Assembly: GCA_044226015.1 (NCBI GenBank)
Contig: JBGAHS010000008.1
Span: 96,001 to 160,000 of the forward strand
Direction: 5' to 3'
Length of the DNA stretch: 64,000 nt
From: Candidatus Obscuribacteraceae bacterium
Lineage (GTDB): Bacteria; Cyanobacteriota; Vampirovibrionia; Obscuribacterales; Obscuribacteraceae
Positions 20,837 through 30,506 of this stretch are shown piece after piece; within the stretch, counting starts at the first letter, position 1; every line of letters begins with the position of its first letter. The notes under the pieces were generated by a model. The model saw only the letters and a program-made list of their open reading frames with translations, had not been told where the DNA came from and ran no database searches. The position numbers and the translations under genes were made by a program.

Positions 20837-23305
20837 ATGCACGATCAAACTTTGAGAATGAAAAACACAGGAGCGCATCATTCGCGCAGCGCTCCTGTGT
20901 TGCCAATGCCACAGCAAGAGCAGGACACAAAAACTCGTGATTGGATTTTGGCTGCACTGACGGTGGTGCTCGTCTGTGTAGCAGCATTTTGGAAAACGGT
21001 CTTCAAAGGCGCCAACCTCTCCATATCAAGCCATATGTACTTGCAAGACACAATCTTCAATGTGCTCTTGCCTTTGAAAGAACTCGACTGCATTTCAGAT
21101 TCGACACCTTATACACTGCTGATACCTTATCAACACCTTATTAGAACGGCACTCGAAGTACATCATAAGTTTCCTCTTTGGAATGACATGAATGCCTGTG
21201 GTCTCCCCCTGGTTGGAGACCTAATGACTTACATGTTCTCTCCATTTACACTCTTGTTTGCCTACTGCAATACTCACACCTACAGCCTTGTCCTTTGTGG
21301 GTATGTCATAGCAGGTGGACTGGGCACACTGCTGCTAGGCAAGCGCATCGGGCTATCCCCCCTGGCTGCGTGCTTCGCGGCACTCGCGTTTGCATTCAAT
21401 CCTCAACTGGCAAAATTTGCTGAGCTACCGAACCAACCATTTCTGGTGCCCTGGATTACCCTGGGAGTGTTGGTCTTCGGCGCAAGAAATTTCTGGTCAT
21501 CAGTTCTTGTGGGTCTCATTTGTGCCGCAGCACCATATGTGATGCATGCAGAATGTGCTTTTGCAGCAGTTGCCGGAGCCTGGGTCTTCTTATTCATCGA
21601 TTTGGTCTGCCAACGTGAGGGCTCATTCAAAAGCAAGAGCAAAGCTTATTTAACGTCATTGCTTGCGGCAAGCATCAGCGGATTTGCATTTGCTGCACCA
21701 TTGTTATTGCCATTTGCTGAATTTATGAAGAATACCGTTTGCTATAAAATGGCTGTTGATTGGTGCAAATTTATTCCATGGCAAGCACTGCTCTTCGACC
21801 TGGTTCACCCCTGTTGTTCTGCGGGAAGTTTTTTTGCTGGAATATTCCTCATTCCATTAATGGTTCTCGGTGCACTGAGCAAGGAAAAGCTTAGCCGCTG
21901 TCTTGTCATAGCAACAATATGCGCTTTCTGGGTGGTCGCAAGAATAGCACCGTTTGAACAGCTCTCACTGATTCGTCCATTTAACCTGTTTATGCCGATT
22001 TATGCGGCGCCATGCTTGTTGCTCGCAATGACGCTGCTTGCCGGCAAAGGCGTCTCATTCATAAAAGATAGCAATATCGCGCAGCGATTTGCGGCGCTCT
22101 TAACCTTAGCGCTTTGCGTCTGCGCACCTTACATATTTAACGCGATGAAACCTGACACTGCAAGCTGGCAGTTTGATGCGATAGCACCGCAGTTCTTTGC
22201 GCATGAAGCAAACCTCCAGAGCATCATCGCGTTCATTGCCGTGCTCGCACTTTTTGCACTCCCACGGCTGACAAGTTTAATTTCAACAATTCTGCCAAGA
22301 CATCCTTCAACTTCTCAATTAGTTTCGATAGCGATAATTGCTTTGAATCTCTGGTCGATTTCAGGCTCTTTCAAATCAGCGCTTCCTATTTTGAAGGCAT
22401 TCTCTTATCCAAAGACAGACGTAATCTCCTTCCTGCAAAAGCACGATGGGAGAGTCCTGGCTGTTGGAAATCATATGTTGCTTGCAAATACCAATGTCAT
22501 GTACGGAATAAAAGACTTCCGTGTCATCAATCCACTTCTGCCGAAGCGCTATACCGATTTTATGATGCAGTCGGGTGGTGTAAGACAGGGGCTCTCTGTC
22601 TTCGTTTGGGGTGCATGGAATCTGGGACCAGAATTGGATTTAGCATCAGTTAAATACATCATTGTTCAAGAACCCCACGTTGACTTAGCTCCATCACGTT
22701 TCAAACTGCTGGGTCGTTTTGAAGGACAAATGAAGGTATACGAAAACCTCCGCGCCCTTCCTGAAGCATTTCTGGCTTTCGATACAATTGATTCTTCATC
22801 ATTTGAAAATTCGCTGAAAACCATTCGCGACAAAAATTTTGACGCCTTCAGGCAGCTTATTGTAGAGGCTCCAGAAGAGAGCGAAAACGGCTCGTCAAAA
22901 GAGAGCACGGCGACGGCTGTCAGATCTTTCAAGTCAGGCATAAGTAAGGAACGCCCCCCTGAAATCAGCGCTATCTCTCAGCTCAATCGAGAATCGCCCG
23001 AGAAAGTTTTATTGAAATTCTCCTGCGACAAGCCTTGCTTTGCGGTACTCAACGATTCCTACTTCCCTGGTTGGACGGCAACACTTGATGGCAAGCCCAC
23101 GCAAATTTATCCCGTGAATGCGATGTTCAAAGGGGTGAAGGTGCAAGAAAAGGGCACGCATAAACTCTGCTTCGAATATCATTCGACTGCACTAGATACT
23201 GGGCTGCGAATAATGTTAGCGGGTATTGCTTCTTTGATTCTGCTGGGAATTGCTCAGCTCATCACTTTGCTTTGTATGGCAAAAAAGCGAAACGAAATCA
23301 GCTAG
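20837..23305 (+). CDS. YfhO-family GT-C membrane protein #1 (short form)
   Basis: PLWNDMNACGLPL, YK, DLASVKYI and YEN.RALP.AF motifs, plus C-terminal LNDSYFPGWTATLDGK..IY..N..FKGV...G.H...F.Y and a TM helix. Confidence 0.85.
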   Translation: MHDQTLRMKNTGAHHSRSAPVLPMPQQEQDTKTRDWILAALTVVLVCVAAFWKTVFKGANLSISSHMYLQDTIFNVLLPLKELDCISDSTPYTLLIPYQHLIRTALEVHHKFPLWNDMNACGLPLVGDLMTYMFSPFTLLFAYCNTHTYSLVLCGYVIAGGLGTLLLGKRIGLSPLAACFAALAFAFNPQLAKFAELPNQPFLVPWITLGVLVFGARNFWSSVLVGLICAAAPYVMHAECAFAAVAGAWVFLFIDLVCQREGSFKSKSKAYLTSLLAASISGFAFAAPLLLPFAEFMKNTVCYKMAVDWCKFIPWQALLFDLVHPCCSAGSFFAGIFLIPLMVLGALSKEKLSRCLVIATICAFWVVARIAPFEQLSLIRPFNLFMPIYAAPCLLLAMTLLAGKGVSFIKDSNIAQRFAALLTLALCVCAPYIFNAMKPDTASWQFDAIAPQFFAHEANLQSIIAFIAVLALFALPRLTSLISTILPRHPSTSQLVSIAIIALNLWSISGSFKSALPILKAFSYPKTDVISFLQKHDGRVLAVGNHMLLANTNVMYGIKDFRVINPLLPKRYTDFMMQSGGVRQGLSVFVWGAWNLGPELDLASVKYIIVQEPHVDLAPSRFKLLGRFEGQMKVYENLRALPEAFLAFDTIDSSSFENSLKTIRDKNFDAFRQLIVEAPEESENGSSKESTATAVRSFKSGISKERPPEISAISQLNRESPEKVLLKFSCDKPCFAVLNDSYFPGWTATLDGKPTQIYPVNAMFKGVKVQEKGTHKLCFEYHSTALDTGLRIMLAGIASLILLGIAQLITLLCMAKKRNEIS

Positions 23306-23365
23306 AAAAGAGTTTTTTGTGCAACTGCTAGAATTTACAGCAAGCAAAGACAAAGTCGAAGGCTG

Positions 23366-24451
23366 ATGGCAGATTTACAAAACAACTCAAAGATTCGCTG
23401 GCTCTTTATCATCTGCCTGTCCTTATTTTTCACGAGCCTACTTGTTCTCGTGAAATTACCAGCAGCCCTAATGTTTGGTCCGATGATTGCTGGCATAGTG
23501 ATGGAAAGGCTATCCCTGGGTCCAAAATTACCGAAAGTGCTGTTTGGATTTTCACAAGCATCAATTGGTTGTTTGATTGCCAGAGCGATGACACCATCAA
23601 TAATGGCAAACCTGACAAGCCATTGGACTGAATTCATAATAATCACAGCTGCCACAGTGGGCATTAGCTGCATTCTCGGGTGGCAGGTAAGTCGCAGCAA
23701 ACTAATGCCCGGAAGCACGGCAGTCTGGGGTTTGCTACCAGGTGCCGCAAGTGCCATGATGATTTTGGCAGAAGAGTTCGGAGCAGACGCCCGGCTTGTT
23801 GCTTTCATGCAATACCTGCGCGTCGTGATAGTCGGCCTGACAGCCTCACTCATTACCCGTTTTTGGGTGCAAGGTTCCGCGCTTTCCAGTGCCTCGCAAG
23901 ACTGGTTTGCCCCATTTGAAATGCCAGGGTTTATCGCAAGCGTATCGATAATTCTCCTGGGCACAGCATTGGGTCCATCGATAAAACTCCCCGCCTCAAC
24001 ACTGGTTATACCGATGCTAATCGGTTGCCTATTACAAATGTTTGGCATCATTCAACTGGAACTACCTCTATGGTTTATGGCATCGGGTTACTGCTTCTTA
24101 GGCTGGTACATTGGCCTGCGGTTTACGAAAGAAACACTCAAGCACGCATTTCAAATATTGCCATTGACACTTGGCTTAATAGCCATCATGGTAGTGTTTG
24201 GAATGCTTCTGGCATGGAGTCTCGTTAGCTTCGCAGGGGTTGACCCTCTCAGCGCATATCTTGCTACCAGTCCTGGTGGCATGGATGCAGTAGCTATTAT
24301 TGCCTCTAGTGTTAATGTGAATATGCCTCTAATCATGTCAATGCAGATGGCACGATTTTTGATGGTGCTAGTTGTAGGACCACCCATATCGAAGTTTATA
24401 GTGACGAAACTTCTAGCACCGACAGAGAAAACCTCTATCGGAAGAAACTAG
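23366..24451 (+). CDS. AbrB-family (AidB regulator / AmoA-like) integral membrane protein
   Basis: Duplicated membrane domain with PAALMFGPM, PGAASAM..LA...GAD.RLVAFMQYLR, YLATSPGGMD and MQMAR. Confidence 0.88.
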   Translation: MADLQNNSKIRWLFIICLSLFFTSLLVLVKLPAALMFGPMIAGIVMERLSLGPKLPKVLFGFSQASIGCLIARAMTPSIMANLTSHWTEFIIITAATVGISCILGWQVSRSKLMPGSTAVWGLLPGAASAMMILAEEFGADARLVAFMQYLRVVIVGLTASLITRFWVQGSALSSASQDWFAPFEMPGFIASVSIILLGTALGPSIKLPASTLVIPMLIGCLLQMFGIIQLELPLWFMASGYCFLGWYIGLRFTKETLKHAFQILPLTLGLIAIMVVFGMLLAWSLVSFAGVDPLSAYLATSPGGMDAVAIIASSVNVNMPLIMSMQMARFLMVLVVGPPISKFIVTKLLAPTEKTSIGRN

Positions 24452-24454
24452 CAT

Positions 24455-27400
24455 CTAGTCTTTTTTCTTTGAGCCAAAAGAAAGAAACAATCCGGCAATC
24501 ACAGCCCCGAAACCAATCAGCAGCCCAGCTATCATCAGCCTCCAATCAAGATTTGCAGGCTTGAACTCAAAAGAAACAAAATGGCGTCCGGAAGGAATAT
24601 AGACAGCCCGAAATGCATGATTTGCAGCAAAAATGTGAGAGGGTTTCGAATCAACCGTAACCTGCCATCCTGGGTAGAAGGTGTCAGTCAAAATCAAAAA
24701 TGACGGCTTCTCAGACAGAGCCAAAACAGAAACGACATTAGCAGATTTATCAAGAATACGAACAACATCGGTGCCCGAAGGAGCCCCCAGACTTACTTTG
24801 TTATCGGTAGATTGCTTCAAGAATTCAAATCCTGCGGTGAATCCATTTTGAACCGCACGCTTTTTGTCCGCTTCAGATACTTCCAATACGCAGCCGTTTT
24901 TCCAATCCTTTGCTGGTGACTTGATAGACTCAAACGATTCCTTAGCGTTGCCGACAAGGTCTGCCTCATGCACCAAATAGCAGTTAGCCTTTGCGGCCAG
25001 GTTTTCATAAAGTCGCAGTCCATCAGTCGACTCAAAAACTACATTGAACCGATCGGTCCGAGTTGGTTCAGCATCTGCATTGGAAACTGTATTTGAAACT
25101 ACATCTGACGTATTTGAAGCTGCACGATTAGGAGCGATTGACTCAGTCATATCCAGCTCAGCAAGAACAAGCTCACTCGCATCAGCAGCAGCAAAGCCAT
25201 GCCTTACTGAAAGAATCAGTTTGAGTGGAGACTCAGCAGATTTGGGAATCGAGACCGCAACGGGAATTTCATACACGTTATCTTTCAATTTTCTCGACAG
25301 GTCCTCAATCGGCTCGCGACGAGGATAGCTAGACCAAACCGTTGCGTTATTCGAGGCTTTAAGCAAGATCTGATAGTTGTATACACGTGACCCCATCTGA
25401 TGAATGGTCAGACAGACTTTTCCAGTTATTTGTCCGTGAGATTTGTTAACTCTCAAATCGGCGGAGTTTATTCTCAGGGCTGGCGCCAGTTTCCGAGCAT
25501 CTTTGAACTGAATTCGCTCTTCACCCGCAACAACTTGCTCTATGGCTGCTTGCGAGTCTGGCTTTAAGAACGGAAAGCTAGGCAGCAAAGCCAACTCTTG
25601 GTTTGCATTGGCAACAGCAAGTGGTTTCTTGCTCACTATGTATTTGATGCTCGCCAGGTCAAACAAATGATTCACTTCACGAGGACATTCAGCGATATTG
25701 CAGAACGCGTCACGTAGCCCCATCAAACGAGAATAATTAGCATAACGAGTAGGATGCAAGGGTGAAGTGGAACCGAAATTATCTAATCCGAAAACCATGT
25801 TTGCGCATGGAATAAATACATCATAAGAACTCGCAATTGTTCGGAATGGCGAATTCTCCTGAACTCTGGCTAACTCTTGAATGATTGCGGGTTTCTGATA
25901 CCAGCTAGCTTCCTGAACAGGCAAGAATTTGCTGGCGCAAACTTCAACTAAAATAGCATTGTTAATTGCAAGTGCAGCAACTAATCCAGTCTGCACTGCA
26001 CTCTTGGGTGACTTCAGCTTGAATATTGCAAAAACAATCGCAGCTGAGACAAACACAGAGAAAAGAGAAGCAAGCAAAACAGGCTTTTCAACTGAGGCAA
26101 GGTCATAAATGAAATCTGTCTTGTCACAGAGAAAATTGTTTACGAACGGAACTTGAAGAAGAAAAAAGGCGGACCCCAAAGCGAGCCAAACAGCATATGC
26201 AGCCTTTGTCCAAAAGCTGTTACAAACTTCTTTGAGCATGGGTTTTGAAGCAGGGCTTGAAAGGACATCCAGACTCAGTCCGGCGCTCAGCAGTGCCATG
26301 AGTATCAGTACCATCTGCGCATAAGTTGGCAGGAAATAGGAAAACGGTGCCATGGACAGAATGTTTTCTAGAGCACCTGGACGAGTAATAAACACGAAAG
26401 TCAAGGCTGCAACAATTGCCAACTCGCGTTGTTTCTTCCACAAGAAAAAGGCACCAACTGGAAGCAATATTGCAACAGCCGCACCCATATAACAGCCAGT
26501 ACCATCGTAAGGAGCGAAGGATTCGCTAACAAACGACCACAAGCTCACAAACGCGACCTTTTCGTCTTGGAACTTGTAAGACATACCATTCTTGACAAAT
26601 TCAACAAATGTGACGAGAAGTGGTGCGGCTACAAGCAGACTGACAGTAGCGCTTGAAAGGCAGAAAAGCGTTGCCATAGCAGCGCGTTTCTGCAGCGAGC
26701 CACTCCACATTGAATAAGCTCGCAATAACAACACGAGATAACCCACACTGGCTGCGCAAAAGAAGGTTTCAGGATGCATGTTGTACGCAAGCGCAGCTAC
26801 AAACAATGCAAACAGTGCAGGGCGATGAATCGACTTCTTACTTGTTGCCCACATCGCCATGAGAATTGACCAGGGATAAAAGCAGGCATTGTCGCAAAGT
26901 TCAAGCAGATTTAGAGAGCGACCGCAGAGCACAAATGCTTGGCCAATCATCAGAGAACTTATTCTTGAAAGACCGCAGAATCGAGCCAGCAAATAAGCCC
27001 CCAATGAGCCCAATACCAGCTTACTTAATATCGCCCAGTTATACAAAGCGGCGTTGTCTACAGGAAAATAAGTGTGAAAAAACGAGAATAGTAGTGTTTG
27101 AAAATCACCGATAAATGGTCGTCCTGCGCCGTTGAGTGGATTCCAGAGAGGAATTTCCGAACTACATTGTTTGTAGAATAACTCATTCGGTATGTGCAAG
27201 AGACTAGCACTCGGATCTTTCGTAATGAAGAAAGGTTCGGTACGAGCTGGATTTTGCAAGTAATCAATTTGTTGCAGAAGACCAATGCTTGATACGGTCT
27301 TACCTGACTGAAATGTGCCAGCGAAAGGAAACAAAACACATGCCAGCAGAACTAGTCCGCAAACGAAATCGAGAAGCAGTCCACGAATATCAAACAAAGG

Positions 27401-27487
27401 TTTATGGAGAAAAGCCGGCGACACAGCTTCAACTGGCAGTCCGAGATTTTCTGCCACCTCAATTTCTGTGTGCTCGGGTCTCGTCAT
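24455..27487 (-). CDS. YfhO-family GT-C membrane protein #2
   Basis: DPS, PLWNPLNGAGRPF, MHPE, YKF, DLASIKYI and LTDTFYPGW motifs. ATG 27487 with a GAGGTGGAG RBS is preferred over 27580, which overlaps the upstream gene. Confidence 0.85.
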   Translation of the reverse strand: MTRPEHTEIEVAENLGLPVEAVSPAFLHKPLFDIRGLLLDFVCGLVLLACVLFPFAGTFQSGKTVSSIGLLQQIDYLQNPARTEPFFITKDPSASLLHIPNELFYKQCSSEIPLWNPLNGAGRPFIGDFQTLLFSFFHTYFPVDNAALYNWAILSKLVLGSLGAYLLARFCGLSRISSLMIGQAFVLCGRSLNLLELCDNACFYPWSILMAMWATSKKSIHRPALFALFVAALAYNMHPETFFCAASVGYLVLLLRAYSMWSGSLQKRAAMATLFCLSSATVSLLVAAPLLVTFVEFVKNGMSYKFQDEKVAFVSLWSFVSESFAPYDGTGCYMGAAVAILLPVGAFFLWKKQRELAIVAALTFVFITRPGALENILSMAPFSYFLPTYAQMVLILMALLSAGLSLDVLSSPASKPMLKEVCNSFWTKAAYAVWLALGSAFFLLQVPFVNNFLCDKTDFIYDLASVEKPVLLASLFSVFVSAAIVFAIFKLKSPKSAVQTGLVAALAINNAILVEVCASKFLPVQEASWYQKPAIIQELARVQENSPFRTIASSYDVFIPCANMVFGLDNFGSTSPLHPTRYANYSRLMGLRDAFCNIAECPREVNHLFDLASIKYIVSKKPLAVANANQELALLPSFPFLKPDSQAAIEQVVAGEERIQFKDARKLAPALRINSADLRVNKSHGQITGKVCLTIHQMGSRVYNYQILLKASNNATVWSSYPRREPIEDLSRKLKDNVYEIPVAVSIPKSAESPLKLILSVRHGFAAADASELVLAELDMTESIAPNRAASNTSDVVSNTVSNADAEPTRTDRFNVVFESTDGLRLYENLAAKANCYLVHEADLVGNAKESFESIKSPAKDWKNGCVLEVSEADKKRAVQNGFTAGFEFLKQSTDNKVSLGAPSGTDVVRILDKSANVVSVLALSEKPSFLILTDTFYPGWQVTVDSKPSHIFAANHAFRAVYIPSGRHFVSFEFKPANLDWRLMIAGLLIGFGAVIAGLFLSFGSKKKD

Positions 27488-27497
27488 TGTCTCCACC

Positions 27498-28019
27498 TCA
27501 CGACCCCGTCCAGCAGTAAAGGTGTCCAACAAAATCAGCGGACTTGTCTCTATAGTCGAGCTGCGCACCACTCTTGCCACTATTGAAGTAATAGTATTCA
27601 GAAGGCTTGCTGCATGTATTCAGCTTCAATTCAAGATCATCATGCGATGATTGCATTGACAGCTTTGTTTGCAAAAGCCTCTCTAAAGTTGCAAGAGCTT
27701 GATCGCGCGCGACACCCGCTCCCCAGAAAACCTCAGCAGCGTAGACCTTGCCGTCACGGCAATGCAGGGTGTAATTTCCGCCAGAGCTGTCAGCGCTCTT
27801 ACTCTCGTATTGCGTCTTGCCGCCAAAGTGTCCTTTTTCGTTGTACCGGAATGTTTTCCAGGACATGCGAACGGCACTAGTATGCGTGCCCAATACAACG
27901 GAGTTCGGCTGAACCCTGGCTCTCAGTGTACGTGCCCAGGCAACAAAAACCACGGCACTGACAATCAATGCACAGAGTATTTTGATTTTCGTTGTGAAAA
28001 ATTTGGACACTGAAATCAC
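27498..28019 (-). CDS. Small membrane-anchored hypothetical protein, paralog of 57832..58344
   Basis: N-terminal TM helix; shares SWKTF.YNE.GHFG.K.QYE, LHCRDGKVYA, C.KP.EY.YFN.GK, AQLDY and YCW with the 58 kb gene. Confidence 0.8.
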   Translation of the reverse strand: MISVSKFFTTKIKILCALIVSAVVFVAWARTLRARVQPNSVVLGTHTSAVRMSWKTFRYNEKGHFGGKTQYESKSADSSGGNYTLHCRDGKVYAAEVFWGAGVARDQALATLERLLQTKLSMQSSHDDLELKLNTCSKPSEYYYFNSGKSGAQLDYRDKSADFVGHLYCWTGS

Positions 28020-28050
28020 CGCTAGTTAAGCAAAAGAAAACTGCCTCCCC

Positions 28051-28671
28051 TCAAAACAAGGTATATATCAAAGGCGCCAAACCTGTACTCTGTGCGAACA
28101 CACCGAGCACTCCTATTACAAGAAACAGCACCAGGCTCGGCATGAACAAAATCTCGCCGTGACTGGCGAAATAACCAAGAACTTGCAATGGTTGAAGAAA
28201 CGCGTTTTGCTTTCCTGCTTTGCCCGAAATAGCAACCAAGTTACCTTCATCGGTGCTCTTCTTCGCACACCAACCCTCAATTTTTGCAGGCGTCTGACCC
28301 GATTCCCAGGCGTAAAATGGGTCGCGACCTTTGGTGGCTTGAAACAGTAAACCAACGGGTAAGATAGCGACGAAATAAAGAACAGCAAGAAGTACACGGA
28401 AAAGCTGAGTGGCCACGAAGCCACCAACTTTCTTCATCAACTCTTGTGGATATTCAAGCAATTGCGGTGCTACTAGAGCGAACGCTAGCAAGGTCAAACC
28501 AGCGATGATGCCTAAGCCCCAGCCTTCTTCCAACAAAATGAAGTACTTGAAAGAGCCCATCAGGGTGAACACCCATCCGAGCATAAGGCCGAACAAGAGG
28601 TTCGCTTTAAGTGCTTCGTCAAACTTTCGCTTTTCGAGGTTTTGTAAATAACGGCTCTTAGTCAAGATCAA
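28051..28671 (-). CDS. SxtJ-family membrane protein fused to a SxtK/DUF5989-like C-terminal peptide
   Basis: SxtJ-like core (FG....P.LL....M.KVG.F....LLAVLYF..I.PVG..F...GRDP) followed by a TM helix and AQSTGLAPLIYTLF*, matching the DUF5989 end (AQ.S.VAPFIYTLF). Overlaps the carbamoyltransferase stop; true start may be TTG 28665 after GAGGAGG. Confidence 0.8.
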   Translation of the reverse strand: MILTKSRYLQNLEKRKFDEALKANLLFGLMLGWVFTLMGSFKYFILLEEGWGLGIIAGLTLLAFALVAPQLLEYPQELMKKVGGFVATQLFRVLLAVLYFVAILPVGLLFQATKGRDPFYAWESGQTPAKIEGWCAKKSTDEGNLVAISGKAGKQNAFLQPLQVLGYFASHGEILFMPSLVLFLVIGVLGVFAQSTGLAPLIYTLF

Positions 28672-30496
28672 ACCTCCTCAACCAGCCTTCACGTTCCGCT
28701 TCAGACAACGGACGGTTTGACTGTTCCTCACGATCGATAAAACGATTTCCCACAACAAGGCAATCAATTTCTGTGGCCATCAAACAGCGGTAAGAATCTT
28801 CCACTGTGTTGACGATGGGCTCACCGCGCACATTAAAAGAAGTATTCACAATTACGGAGCACCCCGTCTTGTCCTTGAATCTTGAAATAACCTGCGTCAT
28901 AAATGGATTGCGATCACCATCTATTGTCTGCACGCGGGCTGAATAGTCGACGTGCGTGATAGCCGGAATTTCAGAGCGAATTTGCTTGAGCTTGTCGATT
29001 CCAAAAGCACCATCTTCCTCAATTTTCTTGCGACGTTTTTCCAAAACCGGATAAACAAGCAACATGTAAGGACTTTCCTGCCGAACATCAAAATACTCAG
29101 ACGCATCTTCAGCAAGTACCATTGGCGCGAAAGGTCTAAAGCTCTCGCGGAATTTGACTTTCAGATTCAAACGAGTCTGCATCGAAGTATCACGTGCATC
29201 TCCCAATATTGAACGACTTCCGAGAGCACGCGGACCGAATTCTGCTCGTCCCCTGGCTAAAGCGACTACGCGACCTTTCGAAATCTCCTCAGCAATTCTG
29301 TCTGCAAGCTCTTCTTCATCGTGTGTCTTCCAAACTGCTCCGAGGCGATTCAACACTTCATCGTCATCAGCGGAAGATGGTGGAATTTCGAAGCCAAGGA
29401 ATGAGCCTTGCATGTCATCAGGCACCCCAGCCCTACGGCTGTTGCCCAGAACCTGATACCACAACCATTGTGCAGCCCCGAGCGCACCGCCGGCATCACC
29501 TGCTGCAGGCTGAATCCAGATTTTGTCGAAGGGTCCCTCTCTGGACAGCAATCCAGTTGCCACCACATTCAGTGCAACGCCACCAGCGAGCACAAGATTT
29601 TTCATTCCAGTCTGCTTGTGAACATAATCACCCATTTTCAAGATAATCTTGTTGAGTACAGCTTGAACACTAGCTGCAAGGTCCATCTCTTTCTGGGTTA
29701 TCAAAGACTCGGCTTCTCGCGGAGGTCCACCGAATAACTCATGAAATTTGTCATTGGTCATGGTCAGACCGCCGACATAATTGAAGTATTTCTGATTCAG
29801 AGCAATGGCACCATCGTCGTTGACCTTCATCAGTTCTTTCTCGATGAGATCAACGTATTTGGGCTCACCATATGGCGCAAGACCCATCAACTTGTATTCG
29901 CCAGAATTGATTTTGAATCCTGTATAGCTGGTGAAAGCTGAATAAAGCAAACCAAGCGAGTTCGGGAAGCGAATATGGTGTGTCAAATCTACCTTGTTGT
30001 CCTTTCCAACACCATATGTTGTTGTAGACCATTCGCCCACACCATCAATCGTGAGAATTGCTGCTTCCTGGAAAGGCGAGGGGAAGAATGCGCTTGCGGC
30101 ATGCGACAAATGGTGGTCGCAGTAGTAAACACGCTTATCTACACCAAGCTCAGATGCGATCTGGCGACCAATCCAGAGCTTCTTTGTCAACCACGAAGGC
30201 ATCGAGCGCAAGAAGCTAGTCAGGCTAGCAGGTGCAGTCGCATGATAAGTAGTGAGCAGGCGCTCAAACTTGGCGTAAGGGCTTTCGTAAAAGACAACAT
30301 AATCTATGTCCTGCTCAGTAATTCCAGCTCTCTCAAGACAGAAGGAAACAGCGTTATGAGGAAAGTTGCTATCGCCTTTTATTCGGGTGAAGCGCTCTTC
30401 CTGAGAAGCCGCGACAATTACACCATCTTCCAACAGCGCTGCTGCTGAATCATGATAGTAAGCTGATATTCCGAGTATTCGTACTTTCTTTGACAT
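28658..30496 (-). CDS. O-carbamoyltransferase, NodU/CmcH/SxtI family
   Basis: Motifs GISAYYHDSAAAL, EERFTR.K, HHLSHAASAF, DGVGE, GEYKLMGLAPYG, QPAAGDAG, EFGPRALG.RS, KFRESFRPFAP and NTSFNVRGEP. Confidence 0.95.
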   Translation of the reverse strand: MSKKVRILGISAYYHDSAAALLEDGVIVAASQEERFTRIKGDSNFPHNAVSFCLERAGITEQDIDYVVFYESPYAKFERLLTTYHATAPASLTSFLRSMPSWLTKKLWIGRQIASELGVDKRVYYCDHHLSHAASAFFPSPFQEAAILTIDGVGEWSTTTYGVGKDNKVDLTHHIRFPNSLGLLYSAFTSYTGFKINSGEYKLMGLAPYGEPKYVDLIEKELMKVNDDGAIALNQKYFNYVGGLTMTNDKFHELFGGPPREAESLITQKEMDLAASVQAVLNKIILKMGDYVHKQTGMKNLVLAGGVALNVVATGLLSREGPFDKIWIQPAAGDAGGALGAAQWLWYQVLGNSRRAGVPDDMQGSFLGFEIPPSSADDDEVLNRLGAVWKTHDEEELADRIAEEISKGRVVALARGRAEFGPRALGSRSILGDARDTSMQTRLNLKVKFRESFRPFAPMVLAEDASEYFDVRQESPYMLLVYPVLEKRRKKIEEDGAFGIDKLKQIRSEIPAITHVDYSARVQTIDGDRNPFMTQVISRFKDKTGCSVIVNTSFNVRGEPIVNTVEDSYRCLMATEIDCLVVGNRFIDREEQSNRPLSEAEREGWLRRFDLD

Positions 30497-30506
30497 GTCC
30501 TTTCTC

